Of a DNA stretch of 64,000 nt, positions 19,501 through 32,300 are shown one piece after another. Source of the stretch: Ylistrum balloti (taxonomy: Eukaryota); contig NW_026782053.1 in assembly GCF_031769215.1 (NCBI RefSeq), positions 1 to 64,000 of the forward strand, written 5' to 3'. Every line of letters starts with the position of its first letter. The stretch's first letter is position 1. Below the pieces are notes generated by a model. It did not search any database, was not told the DNA's origin, and saw only the letters and a program-made list of their open reading frames with translations. Both the position numbers and the translations under genes were made by a program.

Positions 19501-20984
19501 GTGTTCTTAGCTTCAAGGTCTTGACCTATATTAGTTGGACATACGTTATATATTTCTTATGTGCCATGAATGGAGAAAGCTGACACAAGTTCAATAACAC
19601 GTTCTGTAAGACCAGTACTTTGTATTATTTATTGCTGGTATGTTTTATTCAGCAGGGTATAAACAGCTGCAAATCTTAACCACCTTACACTTTATTCTGT
19701 TCATGACGCTGCAAATGTTGGTGTCAACAATGTACCTTTTATATTTTGTTGTATTCCGCAGCACCGGAAGGCAGCCGTATTTTAGCACGTGCATTAACTC
19801 GTCTTACACTTGAATATTGAATTTTAAACAGGAATAACTGTTGAGATAAGTTTGTTGTATTGAGAAAGTTTGTCTACGAAAATTCATGAAATGATGCTAT
19901 ATCCGTTGAATCCGTTGGAACTATATTTTCAGCGTAATGTGTCGTAATTGAGGCTGCATTTTGGCTCGTAACAGAAAGAAAAAAAAGCGGGTTTCTGAAG
20001 GATTTACAAGATGTGGTTTAAGGGAAACAAATTTTGATCTAGTATGAAATTATTGAAGCTAATGAAATTTTGTTTTAAAACTCATTTAAACAACACAGTT
20101 ATTTCTTAAGCTAATTCCCGATCTGTATATTTGTTTTGCCCACCGTAAGGACGTGAGACCTAAGAGTCCACAATGTAACTTATTCATCTAATCCAGGGTG
20201 AACAAAGGAAGCGTAAGAGATTTCATTTGTTAACTTCAGCTGAACACATTTGACAGCTACGGAGAAAATATTGAATTAAATTAGATTGACTTAATGTAGG
20301 AGAAGGGAAACTACTAATTAGTCTTTATATATCTATATATATAATTACATTTCAGGAAAATAGCTTGATGTGTAAATCTTTGGTCCTGCTATACTTGTAG
20401 GCAGGGTAAACAATTCTCGGTAAAATATGTACAGATAATATTGAATAATACTTTTTGAGTTTATTATCATACACTGACAGCATTTCGTGTTAAAAACACT
20501 GATAGTTAGTTATCTGCGACGTGGCCATTTTTTTTAAAATTCTATATGTTATTGTCTTCAAAACAACACTAGCAAATAAATATATGAAGCATTTAACATG
20601 TAATCAAATGAACGCATGATCTAAAGATAGAAAACAGTCACATAAATGAGAAAACAACTGTAACTTTTACAAAGTTCACGAAGAAAATAAATATTGACCA
20701 TCCAATTAGATAGGCTTATACTGACTTTGATAAGGTGAATAATACAACTGCAGTCGAAATAGCATTATCGTGTCACAGTTTCGTGGTGGACTTCGGTAGG
20801 GTATCTCCGTCTGCCAGTCAGATCGTAGTATGCTATATCAGTAACTGTTCCAGATACTGAAGTCTATGAGACTTATCACTGGGATCCCAGCTGTGTGAGA
20901 GTTATCCATCCCTATAATACACACGAATCAATAGAAAAAAAACAAGATAGAAAGAGGAAAGTGAAACAAAGTGAAAGCGATTAA

Positions 20985-21131
20985 NNNNNNNNNNNNNNNN
21001 NNNNNNNNNNNNNNNNNNNNNNNNNNNNNNNNNNNNNNNNNNNNNNNNNNNNNNNNNNNNNNNNNNNNNNNNNNNNNNNNNNNNNNNNNNNNNNNNNNNN
21101 NNNNNNNNNNNNNNNNNNNNNNNNNNNNNNN
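20985..21131. other. Assembly gap (N run)
   Basis: Run of N. Confidence 1.
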
Positions 21132-22025
21132 TTTGATATAATTTTGTAAATTGATATATTTACACGATAAAAACTTTTGCTATATGTATTAACACACCAT
21201 TAAATAAAAACTAACATAAAAGTTATGCCAGTGTATCTGTGTGATTATAAATAAATCCATGTTATCAACTGGCGCCTTCAATGAGATTTCACATCAATGA
21301 GATTTCACAAAATCGAACATCCGGTAACGAAATGAAGAAAATCGAAATCGGCGTAATCTGATACATAGACAGAGAAGGAAAAGTACAACCCTCTTTTTCA
21401 AAATCATCATGGTCAGGTTTAGATACTGTACGAGTTATACATGTATAACGTCAGGTTTATTATGCGTTTTGAGTCATTGCAACTGTTGATAATAATACAT
21501 TGGTTGACTGGCATGCAGGGTAAAGTTGAAGCCCTGATTATAATATGTAATACGATCAATAGGAGAGCTAATCTCTCACCAAGTCGAGGGATTACAGAAA
21601 AGACACTAAAGACGTATATTTTCCCGTTTACTATGAGATATGAATATCAAAAAGAGATGTATGCCTAATATTTATTAAAAGGTATCATTAATCAGTGTCT
21701 CGATTCGTCTTTCTAGTACGTAAAGAAAACGGAAAAGTAGTTCTAGAAACCAAATCACAAAACAATGCAATATCGTTTCAGATGATAATAGTTTAAAATT
21801 TATACTGTGATATTATTCCGTCTGTTATAAATAATCAATCAACAGGCATGGATTGTAATTACAAAAAAAATGTAAAAATACATACATGCAAACATGGGTG
21901 CTGGAGAGGTATAGAAGAGGGTCCACAAATATGAAAATTAGAGACACTATAGGATCTTTATGCCTGATCTTCCAACCACAGGACGAACACTGAAACTACA
22001 TCAATACCTGGTACAGCAGCATTAC

Positions 22026-22184
22026 CTTTTTTGATTATCCCTTCGATTTGACCAACTGACAGACGGTACATAGAGGTATTGGAATGGCGATGGAACATGG
22101 AATCAACCAACCGATGACGCGAGTATACTCCGGGTATTCGTTAGAGCCATACTTTGGTGCCCGGTACGTGACGAAGCTGATTAA
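22026..22184 (-). pseudogene. Isolated decayed exon of an SLC6 (neurotransmitter:sodium symporter) gene, TM11-TM12 region
   Basis: Translation LISFVTYRAPKYGSNEYPEYTRVIGWLIPCSIAIPIPLCTVCQLVKSKG*SKK, then donor GTAATG. Resembles SLC6 FSLVxYxPxxYxxYxYPxWxxxxGW...IP. In-frame TAA at 22035-22037; no AG at the expected acceptor (TTTTTACCTG). Confidence 0.65.
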
Positions 22185-22784
22185 GAACGGCAGGTAAAAA
22201 TTAAAACAACAGATAAAAATGCCACATCGTCTACATCAAATTATCACGAAAGATATTATACCGTTATACATGAAAAATAGTTTTCTCTTTTGTTCATTTT
22301 TTTCAGTGATAATAAAAACTTCTTGTCTTGTCCTCGGGAACATGCTTTGGTAAAAAAAAATCTTATACCGTTGTTGTTACAGACACATGACGTCATCCCC
22401 TGTGTACGCTGTCTAGTACTGGTACATATACATTAAACTTTGAATATTTACCAGGTGATAGGAACAATTGTTCACGAGAAAAGTTTAGGGAAAACATACG
22501 ACCGACACTTATTCATCTTTCGTGGTCTGTAATGATAATGTGTTGATAGTACAACAATGTCCCTTGCTCCTTAAATAGAAATTATTGTCAGGTAATGATA
22601 ATGACATCGTTTCAATTAGGACACACTAAGGTCTATATCAATAGCTTTGACATCCTCTTGCCTTGCCAATTCTGAAAGGCAAATGCAGTTAGATTTTATT
22701 ATCTAATAAAAACGGTTATGAGCTAATTCTCTTGATCTCGGGTGAAAAGACAAATACACACGGAATAAAGTATTCTAGTGTGGT

Positions 22785-22786
22785 TT

Positions 22787-22817
<31 letters not shown>

Positions 22818-22820
22818 TTT
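22785..22820. repeat. (TTTA)n microsatellite
   Basis: About 8 TTTA units. Confidence 0.9.
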
Positions 22821-24099
22821 TTGTAACCAAAACTTCGCAATTATGCTACCATATTTCAAAAGAATACGTTTCAGAAGCAAGTCGGGTGTTAAGGCTTACT
22901 TAGCTGACGGAGTAAATATGGCACAAGTGGTACACGATACAGATGTGACAGTTATGATATCAGAAAAGATTCGTGTGTCAATGTTTTTGTAGGTCATATC
23001 ATTTCTCTTGTTAAAATGATATACTTCATAGTTTTGTTTAATTTTTTTTCTTCGTGAAATTACAATATTATATCATTAAACAAACGATCGAAAAAATATT
23101 CTTAGGAAAAGAAAAAGAAAAAATGTCAGGCATTTAAAAGTTGTCATCAATCAACTTAAAACGGTTGACACTTCAATCGTTCATCGTCGAAAATCCTGCA
23201 ATCCGATAATCGGAACACGGTCTAATATAGGTACAGAAATCATTGATAGTATTCATATTTAAACAAAAGAAATGTGAGTAATGCAGCCAAACATCATAAG
23301 GAGAGAACGGAGAGACAAATATATTTACATAAATAAATAGCACCAAAAATATGTAATAATGTGAAAGTTTAACTGCGTACAAAAAAGAAAATTAATAGTG
23401 AATGTAACTAGGTTGATCAGCAACACCAATGGTAGAAGTATATGGCGACCTTATCGAGTACTTAAACCTTACATGCACCAAACCACTGTCTCAGTGCTTA
23501 TCACCTTTAAAGGGAGACAACCATGATTTCAAGCACATACTTCGGGGAAAAAAAAGAAACTATAGTATTAAACGTTTAAATACAACACGATAATGTTGAG
23601 TTCATGTAACCAGAGAACTTATTCCACAGGTAGACGAACACGAAATTTCGGAACATATCAAAATAAATTGAAACAGAAGAAGTTTTTATAACACAACCAG
23701 TAGAAGATGTTAAGTGATATCGGAGAGTGTTGTAACGGTTCACATGTCTGTTACAATGTTTTCTGGCAGGTGTCACACTGTCTAATGGAGGTGACAGTGC
23801 AGTCGAAACGTCACACGTAAGTCTTCTAATAATTGTATCATTTTTCAACTAAACGTGGTACATATTCCGTTATATATTCTGAACTATACAGATAAAAAGA
23901 ACAAAAAGTATCCCATTGAAATGAAGTATACGTGCTTGTAATACACTGTCTTACCTCCGCATCAAGTAATAATAGCCAGAAAGAATAAGGTGTTCGTAGA
24001 TTTACACTGAATCCTATTTACAAAGGTGGGTGTAGCTATGCAGTGTAGAGGTTAGTGTAAGCTGGTTACAATACTTGGTATGATGTACAGTGTCCCGCT

Positions 24100-25520
24100 A
24101 AGGTGGATGTAGATGTACAGTGTACCGGTTAGTGTAACATACTTATTATGGTGGATGTACAGTGTACCGGTTAGTGTAACATACTTATTATGGTAGATGT
24201 AGATGTACAGTGTACCGGATAGTGTAACATACTTACTATGGTGGATGTATAGTGTACCGGTTAGTATAACATACTTATTATGGTAGATGTAGATGTACAG
24301 TGTACCGGATAGTGTAACATACTTATTATGGTGGATGTACAGTGTACCGGTTAGTGTAACATACTTATTATGATGGATGTAGATGTACAGTGTACCGGTT
24401 AGTGTAACATACTTATTATGGTGGATGTACAGTGTACCCGTTAGTGTAACATACTTATTATGGTAGATGTAGATGTACAGTGTACCGGATAGTGTAACAT
24501 ACTTACTATGGTGGATGTATAGTGTACCGGTTAGTATAACATACTTATTATGGTGGATGTATAGTGTACCGGTTAATGTAACATACTTATTATGGTGGAT
24601 GTACAGTGTACCGGTTAGTATAACATACTTATTATGGTGGATGTATAGTGTACCGGTTAGTATAACATACTTATTATGGTGGATGTACAGTGTACCGGTT
24701 AGTGTAACATACGGTTACCGGTGTAACATACTTATTATGGTGGATGTACAGTGTACCGGTTAGTGTAACATACTTATTATGATGGATGTACAGTGTACCG
24801 GTTAGTATAACATACTTATTATGGTGGATGTATAGTGTACCGGTTAGTGTAACATACTTATTATGGTGGATGTACAGTGTACCGGTTAGTGTAACATACT
24901 TATTATGATGGATGTACAGTGTACCGGTTAGTATAACATACTTATTATGGTGGATGTATAGTGTACCGGTTAGTGTAACATACTTATGATGGTGGATGTA
25001 CAGTGTACCGGTTCGTGTAACATACTTATTATGGTAGATGTAGATGTACATTGTACCGGATAGTGTAACATACTTACTATGGTGGATGTATAGTGTACCG
25101 GTTAGTATAACATACTTATTATGATGGATGTACAGTGTACCGGTTAGTGTAACATACTCATTATGATAGATGTACAGTGTGCTGTGTACCGGTTAATGTA
25201 ACATACTCATTATGATGGATGTACAGTGTACAGTGTACCGGTTAGTATAACATACTTATTATGGTGGATGTACAGTGTACCGGTTAGTGTAGCATACTAA
25301 TTATGGTGGATGTAGATGTACAGTGTACCGGTTAGTGTAACATACTTATTATGATGGATGTACAGTGTACCGGTTAGTGTAACATACTAATTATGGTGGA
25401 TGTAGATGTACAGTGTACCGGTTAGTGTTACATACTTATTATGGTGGATGTATAGTGTACCGGTTAGTGTAACATACTTATTATGGTGGATGTATATGTA
25501 CATTGTACAAGCTAGTGTAA
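24100..25520. repeat. 42-bp minisatellite, roughly 33 copies, with 48-bp variants and degenerate flanks
   Basis: Unit GATGTACAGTGTACCGGTTAGTGTAACATACTTATTATGGTG; variants add TAGATG. Degenerate units at about 24020-24100 and 25767-25800. Confidence 0.97.
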
Positions 25521-25524
25521 CCTG

Positions 25525-25763
25525 GCCCCACTTGTATAAAACATCTCAACTTGAGATTTCCTCAAGTCGAGATTTTCCTCAGCTAATATCTCTTAAAAAA
25601 CGGCTTGTATAAATTTTTCTCAAGGAACAGGAGGAAGTCATCGGCTACGATGTCCTGAAATTCCTTGAGGAATTTTCATACAAGATATTTTCATGGAGAT
25701 ATTAGCTGAGGAAAATCTCGACTTGAGGAAATCTCAAGTTGAGATGTTTTATACAAGTGGGGC
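25525..25763. mobile_element. 239-bp MITE, probably PIF/Harbinger type
   Basis: Perfect 68-bp terminal inverted repeats (GCCCCACTTGTATAAAACATCTC...AATATCTC) with about 35 bp further imperfect extension. 3-bp TSD CTG at 25522-25524 and 25764-25766. Confidence 0.9.
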
Positions 25764-26348
25764 CTGGTTACAATGGTGGGTGTAGATGTGCAGTTCAGAA
25801 AATTAAGTTTGAACACACACGTGCGTTATATAACGGTCTTGTTGTAGACGTTTACAGTATGGTACCGGTACCAGGATGTTATAGTGAAATAGTAAATAGT
25901 GATAAGGTAGATACACATACTTATGTAGATTTATCACAGGGATTAAGGATTAGCTACAGTGTAGGTGACTCTTTAATGTTTAACGTTCTTTAAAATTCGA
26001 TATAAATAACACATCGAAGAGCGGCATAATTCTTACTAAATGTTAGTATAATTCTCCAAAAACGTTTAAGAATGATACATATTCCATATTGACCAAGACG
26101 GATTCAAATTCAACAAGATATTTAGCATATTTATCAGGTCCGTGTGTGTTACCCGTTATCAGCACGTCAACATAATTAACGCACCGCAACGTGACTTATC
26201 GCTGAAGAAACTTCGCCTGATTTACAGCTGTAATTGCGGATCATGATACTGCGAGGTACTGATACACTCTGTGGTAATTTAGCATTTCAACCAGGGAGTA
26301 CGCCCCCTAGCATAAAATACACAACGAACCTACTGCAACAGTGACAAT

Positions 26349-29300
26349 ATGAACCGTCTTAAAGTGAGCAGCATTCTGTTTCTGATATTTATAGGTAAGA
26401 TTTTTTTATCTGATTTTTGTCGTACCATAATTAAGAAAGTCACTTTGATAACATAAATGTTCTTTATCCGTACATAGCATTTTATCTATGCCTTGTAGTT
26501 TTCAGATCGTATTTGATGATGTGGATATTTAATTCTATTTGATATTTAGTATTACAGTGTTACCAATAAATAAAAGAAAAAACTCAATTTCCAATTATCT
26601 AAAAAAAATTGAAATTCGTATTTATTCAAAAGTTGGGTTATAAGCTGTTTGCCAGTGATATTTGAAATGCTCACTAAACCATGATGATTCCATGCAAAAT
26701 TAAATTATTCCTGTCTTTTAGATAACACTCGTCAAACAGCTTTATAAGGATGTTCTTTAATATTTCATAATCTTAAACAGAATCCAAATTATACAGGTAC
26801 ACAACACCAAATTAAGACTTGTTACATTCACTCTGAAACAAAGCAAACAGTTTTCTATTAAAAACTACGTCTCTAGAAAGCAGAGACTGAAATAAAACAG
26901 TACAATGATAGATATGGACAAACAGCTTCAGAATAGAAATTGTGAACACTCATACATATATTAAATAATATGGATTTGAGAAAGTTTTCATAGGGTAAAC
27001 TCTTTTGTCTTAAATGGTGATTTATAAAAGAAAATTCTGCTAAAACTAATATTCTTAAACTTGTGTAATATGATATTGTACAGTATCCACATATTCGACC
27101 GAAAAAATACTTCATTTAAATTTTACACAAACTTGAAGAAGGTTGTTAAAGTGTGTCGTTTCGTGTAGCACAGAATTTTATAGATTCTACCTCTGTGTAT
27201 TTCATGCCATAATTTCTCTCATTTTCTTTATTCAGGAGCTCCATCGGTACAATGCATATACAAGATATGGCTACCAAATGCAAACTTCGGCAACCCAATT
27301 AATTGGGACAAGAACCGACCACCGTGTGGTGATGATATTGTCGTTATTCCAGAGGAGAGTCCATCCATATACATTCAAATCAACACCACTCTACAACAGA
27401 TTGTACGTATATTTATACATTTCAGCATCGAGCACACATTGAATATCGACATTGTCAGAGCTGAAATATATAAGTATCCAATCGCAATGATATGTTTTTG
27501 TGGACTTGTATACGTGTCTTATACATCGTTTTCTTGAAAACTGTTTTTCTCTCTTAGGTATTACCTAAAAATGGAGAGATGATATTTGGCCCCGGAAGTG
27601 CGATTGCTTTCACTAACGAGCCAGATCACAGCGCGGAGTGTCTTAGTTCTGGATCCGGTTAGTGATCAAAGAGTTTCTGATTTTTACGAATTTAAAAAAA
27701 AAAAAAAAGTTTCAATGTATGTTATTCATCATGCAAAAGGTGAGTATTCTTTACGAAACACATTTAAGTTAATGAAATCATTTTTTTTCTTTGAAGAACA
27801 TGTTGTCATGTTTATCTATAGAAAACAGCCATTTACAAATTGCACTGAAAGCCCGTCCTTTTTTCCTGAGTAAAAAGAAAAAAAAAAGTTCTTGCACTTT
27901 CATTACTTTATTCACCTAAAACATTCATATTTTACTTACAACAATTTTTCATAATTGTATTACTAGGTAATAGAATCAATATATATATATATATGAAATA
28001 TAGGGAAATACTTAGATACTCCAGTTGACAATGTCAATGATCACGGATATTAAAATATGATGGGCCCAAACATTGAAGGGCCCTTTCCTATATCAGATTC
28101 ATGCCCGTTGGTCGTGCCATTTTCAGAAAACATAAATTCATGTTAAACAGATTTAGTGTTATGATTCAAGTTCCATTGTTGGTAGTATTTCAGTTTTAAA
28201 ACGGAACTGGGGTCCGGTTTCCAGTTCCGTTTTTCTTAAACGAAAACGGAAACAGGGAACCAACTTGAGACCCCTTCCAAGGGAAAACAATAGAAAGCTA
28301 AGGAACTGGGTCATCCGCGATACTCCAGGGGCTACGACCACTTTCGTTCTCTACACCCCTGGAACTTGTCATTGGGAAATTGCAGGCATAGCGAAGTACA
28401 TAATTTGATTGCTTCCAGGAGAAAAAAACGAACTAATCATTGGCTGATACGCCCCTTTTGAAGATTACAATGGAGTATCACACTGTAAACTCTAAAGCCA
28501 TAACGAAACACCGGTATGCGACCTCGAGATTCGTTTGATGTACATCAAAGGATCAAACTAGTCTTTTCGTCTTGTCCATAAGGTGTCACGCATGGAACCT
28601 TCAATGTTGCCATGACATGATGGATCCAGAGGTGAGTGAGCGAACATGGCGGTAATTCTTGGAGTATCGAGGACATCGTTCACATTCTGCTCTCTAGTGA
28701 TTGAGAAATACAGTGCGAAACTGAGGTTACCGATTAAGAAACAGTCGCAATTGCAAACATGTATCTATATATGTACGTATTATCAATCCGACTTCAGAGA
28801 TTACATTCAACCTGTCATACCCCTACGGTTGGCTGGACTATTCCAACTGGTGTGCGTCCGATACAGAGACGGGAAGTTGTAATTCTGCAGCTCTTCTCGA
28901 TTCCGAGAAGATCCCGTGTCAGACCGATGATGTGGTATTCCCTAAATATAATTCCTATTACGTAAATGTGGAATCAGGATTGACACTGTCGATAAATACT
29001 CTGAAGATTACAGGCACTGTAAGTAGCTATTCGGAACATTTTCTGCAAGTTGGTAATGTCAATAGAATAGGATTTCTTTTAACACAACTGTTTTCGGCTG
29101 TAATTATATGTACACTAAGGTCGAAAATAGTGTGACGAGATGGTGAAGAAATTATAGACCCCACCCCAAAAAATGGTACAAAGTGCTGTAGTCAATTCGG
29201 CAACGCTTACGTTGTAAGTGGCCCATTAATAGTTACAGACAACATAATATGTAGATATATGATGCCTTCTGTATCTGCAGATAATTTCTCGGATATCTGA

Positions 29301-32300
29301 CATTACATAAGCATATGTGGTCTTGAGAAATTTCGTTTCATATAAAGTTTTAAGAAATGAGTTTTAGAAGATTCGTGTTTCAGAGCCTTATAGAGCAAAA
29401 CTTAAAACTGAATAATATGATAAGTATATAAGATACACTGAAAAAAAGACTTCAGATACAAAATCATTATCCTCAATGACATTTCTATTTTGTCGTCAAC
29501 CTCAATTTACTGTCAACACGTTTCCTTAATTACACCAGTGAGAACAAGTATTTTAATGCTGTGTTCCTGTAATCTGTAATGCTCTGCTACAGACATACTG
29601 GGACAGCGCTGACTTGTCATTACATTCCCCATCGCTTTTTAAATACAGATGATCATTACTTGTATAACCTCGGTATGATATCACTTATGTGTTCTTAGGC
29701 ATACACTACGACAGGATTCTCCGAGTTCCTGAACACCAGTGACGGGAAAATGATGTTCCCAATCCCACCGAGCACCGGAAGTAGGTCTTCTGTACTAATT
29801 GCAAGACAGAAATGTACGGATCCAACTGGCTGCGCATGCGGAAACGATGGACAACAAGTAAAATATCAGTAGTAACATATCAGTTTAATATGCAATTCAT
29901 GGCTTGTGTGCGGAAATGTTTATAAATACATTTTTATTCTACCTATACATACATCAATTAAATTTTTTAAGGTAAAATTCCTTATTTTTAATTAACAAGT
30001 CCTTATTATAGAGACGGAGTGAGATGTACCAGTAAACTCCTTTCTTCGGAGTGACACTCCAATTATTTTCTTTGCGATAAGACATATACGTTCATAGGCT
30101 ATGGAACAAAAACACCTGGATTTCATACAATTATCTTTTTGACACAAAGCTTCAGGTGTTTTTTGGCCCTTTTAAAGGGCCTTCGGGGTCTATCGGCCAA
30201 AAAGATCATCGAGACACTAAGATTTTCACTAAGCGTTTTATATCATAGTTTATAACTTTGTTTTATGTTCTATACATGTATGTGATGCAATATTTTTTCG
30301 TTTTGATAAAGGGCCATATTGCCTTAACAAATTGCCGTTTTGCTTGTCTGTGTGTATATATACACGTATGTATTGATTATACTTTAAATTGGTTCGTTTC
30401 TTATTGTTAAGCCATTTTTTATTTGCAGGCAATAATTAAACAAAAAAAACCCACTTTGTTTCAGATTTTAAAAAGTGTGTGTAGATACAAAAACCCATTT
30501 TGTTCACGGATCCGTTGTAAACAACCCATACGTCCATCTGGATCATGTTGCGAGATATGTGGTAGGTTTCGGTGATTTTCAGTAGGAGAACTATTTAAAC
30601 ATGAGTTTTTAAAACCAATCAATCAGAAATTATTTGAAAAAAAATCGATTTCATGAAAAGATTGCACTTTGCTTTCTTCGCTGTACCATTAAAATGGTTG
30701 ATTTAACGGAGTTGAGACGCGGGGAGATTTTTACTTAGAAAAATAACTTTATTCTGCCAATTGCGTTGTATAATTAATTTTTCGTTTCAAAGAAAAATCC
30801 TGGGTTTATTTATTTTTTGTTTGTTTGTTTGTTTTGTTTTTTGTTTACTTTTTCCACAAATGTACGCTACATAATTATAATTCTACACAGGTGCCATATT
30901 ATCTATTCAGTACGGAACTGGGTTCAACTTTGCTGATTTACGCGATGGCTTACAGCGTCGTTTCCTTGACGACAACGATAAATATAAAGATGTCCAGTAC
31001 ATCGTATCCAAGATGTCGGACGGGCATGTACAGATAGTGTTGTCGGATGTGTCTGGTGACTTGAGTATAAAGGCTGGCAAGCAGATGAAATCTGATTTAG
31101 ACAACGGTAAATATTTATCACATAATATACCTCTAAGAAAATAATATTATCAAAAATATCATTTGAATGAAATAATCAAACCGGTTTTAGTTACGTAGCT
31201 TTACCGATCTATTAATACTGCCTTTGTATTCGATCTTAAAATATATATTCTTTTTTGTATTTAGATAACAGTGGGAGATTTATATATGCTATCCGCAGTG
31301 TTTCTATGGAAACATCATCTGGATTAAACCCGACGCATGGAGCACAAACTTGTAAGTTACCAGTACTTTGTTTCTATTTTCATAATTAACGTTTCAGTGA
31401 GCTAATTTTCATATATATATATATGAAAATAAGCTCACTGACATAATATAGTTAAGTAGACGAGACTGCATACTATATATATATATGTATTAGAATGTTC
31501 GTTCATATTTAAAATCACCATTAGTTTCCAGGAAAGAAGAGCTTGCTATCTGAGAATGTAACTTCTTGATATTTTCATTTCAACTTTTAACAAATCGTGT
31601 TGAAATTGATATTGCACACGCCCGCTATTTGAAAAGGAAAGGAAGTGTTATGTTTCATAACCAAATCTAGGTGTAGATTTCATGTATGTGAGAATGTATA
31701 TGTATGTGTGAATATCTATATACTGTGTTGCAGTTGCTTATATGTCATAAGTAAACTAGAGTTTAGTAGTATACGAGACTGTATACTATAACTAATGGTG
31801 ATACGGTTGTGTAGGAATACTCCAAGATGTCTCCTGGCAAACAGAAATGGCCGCCAGTCATTTTTGGTGTCGGAATACTGACCCATCCGACATTGTAAGG
31901 CTTTAAATGTGACTTTACAGAACTATAAATTCCTGTCAGAACCCATTTAATGCCAAATATATGAATTAGCCTTAATGTCATTCTTATTAGCACATTAACA
32001 CACTGTTTGCAAGACGTTAATCGGACAGGCCACACATTGAATCCGTTACAAGCAAAATGTCCCTGTGATCTTGTCACTTCTTGTTATCATTGTTTGACAG
32101 GAAATACTTCCATTTAGAAATTCCACGGTTATTCTGTTTTGAAAATCACAGAAACACTGAAAAAAAAAATCCCTCTGTGCAATCGGATAGAGAGCCGCAA
32201 CATTTCTTAATTACTAAATATCAAATCCCAATAAACGGCTTATATTCCAAACAAAGAAAAAAAAAGAAGTAGAGTACTGTGCGTTTGGAATTTTTAGTAG

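Noticed and set aside
22840-22990. Further SLC6 exon (TM7-like DIITVTSVSCTTCAIF) on the minus strand
   Set aside because: Similarity is too weak to distinguish from chance without an alignment search.
23770-23816. 47-nt plus-strand micro-exon candidate (GGCAG|...|GTAAGT)
   Set aside because: Good splice signals but no partner exons or recognisable peptide.
24100-25520. CRISPR-like array, or repeat-protein genes from the ORFs at 24473-24763, 24674-25051 and 25406-25612
   Set aside because: Units are head-to-tail with no unique spacers, and the context is eukaryotic. The ORFs are by-products of a 42-bp unit that happens to be stop-free, with no splice or domain support.
26129-26200. Cluster of three GATA-like sites upstream of AMN
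   Set aside because: Six-base AT-rich motifs are frequent in this sequence; plausible for an endodermal gene but not supportable.
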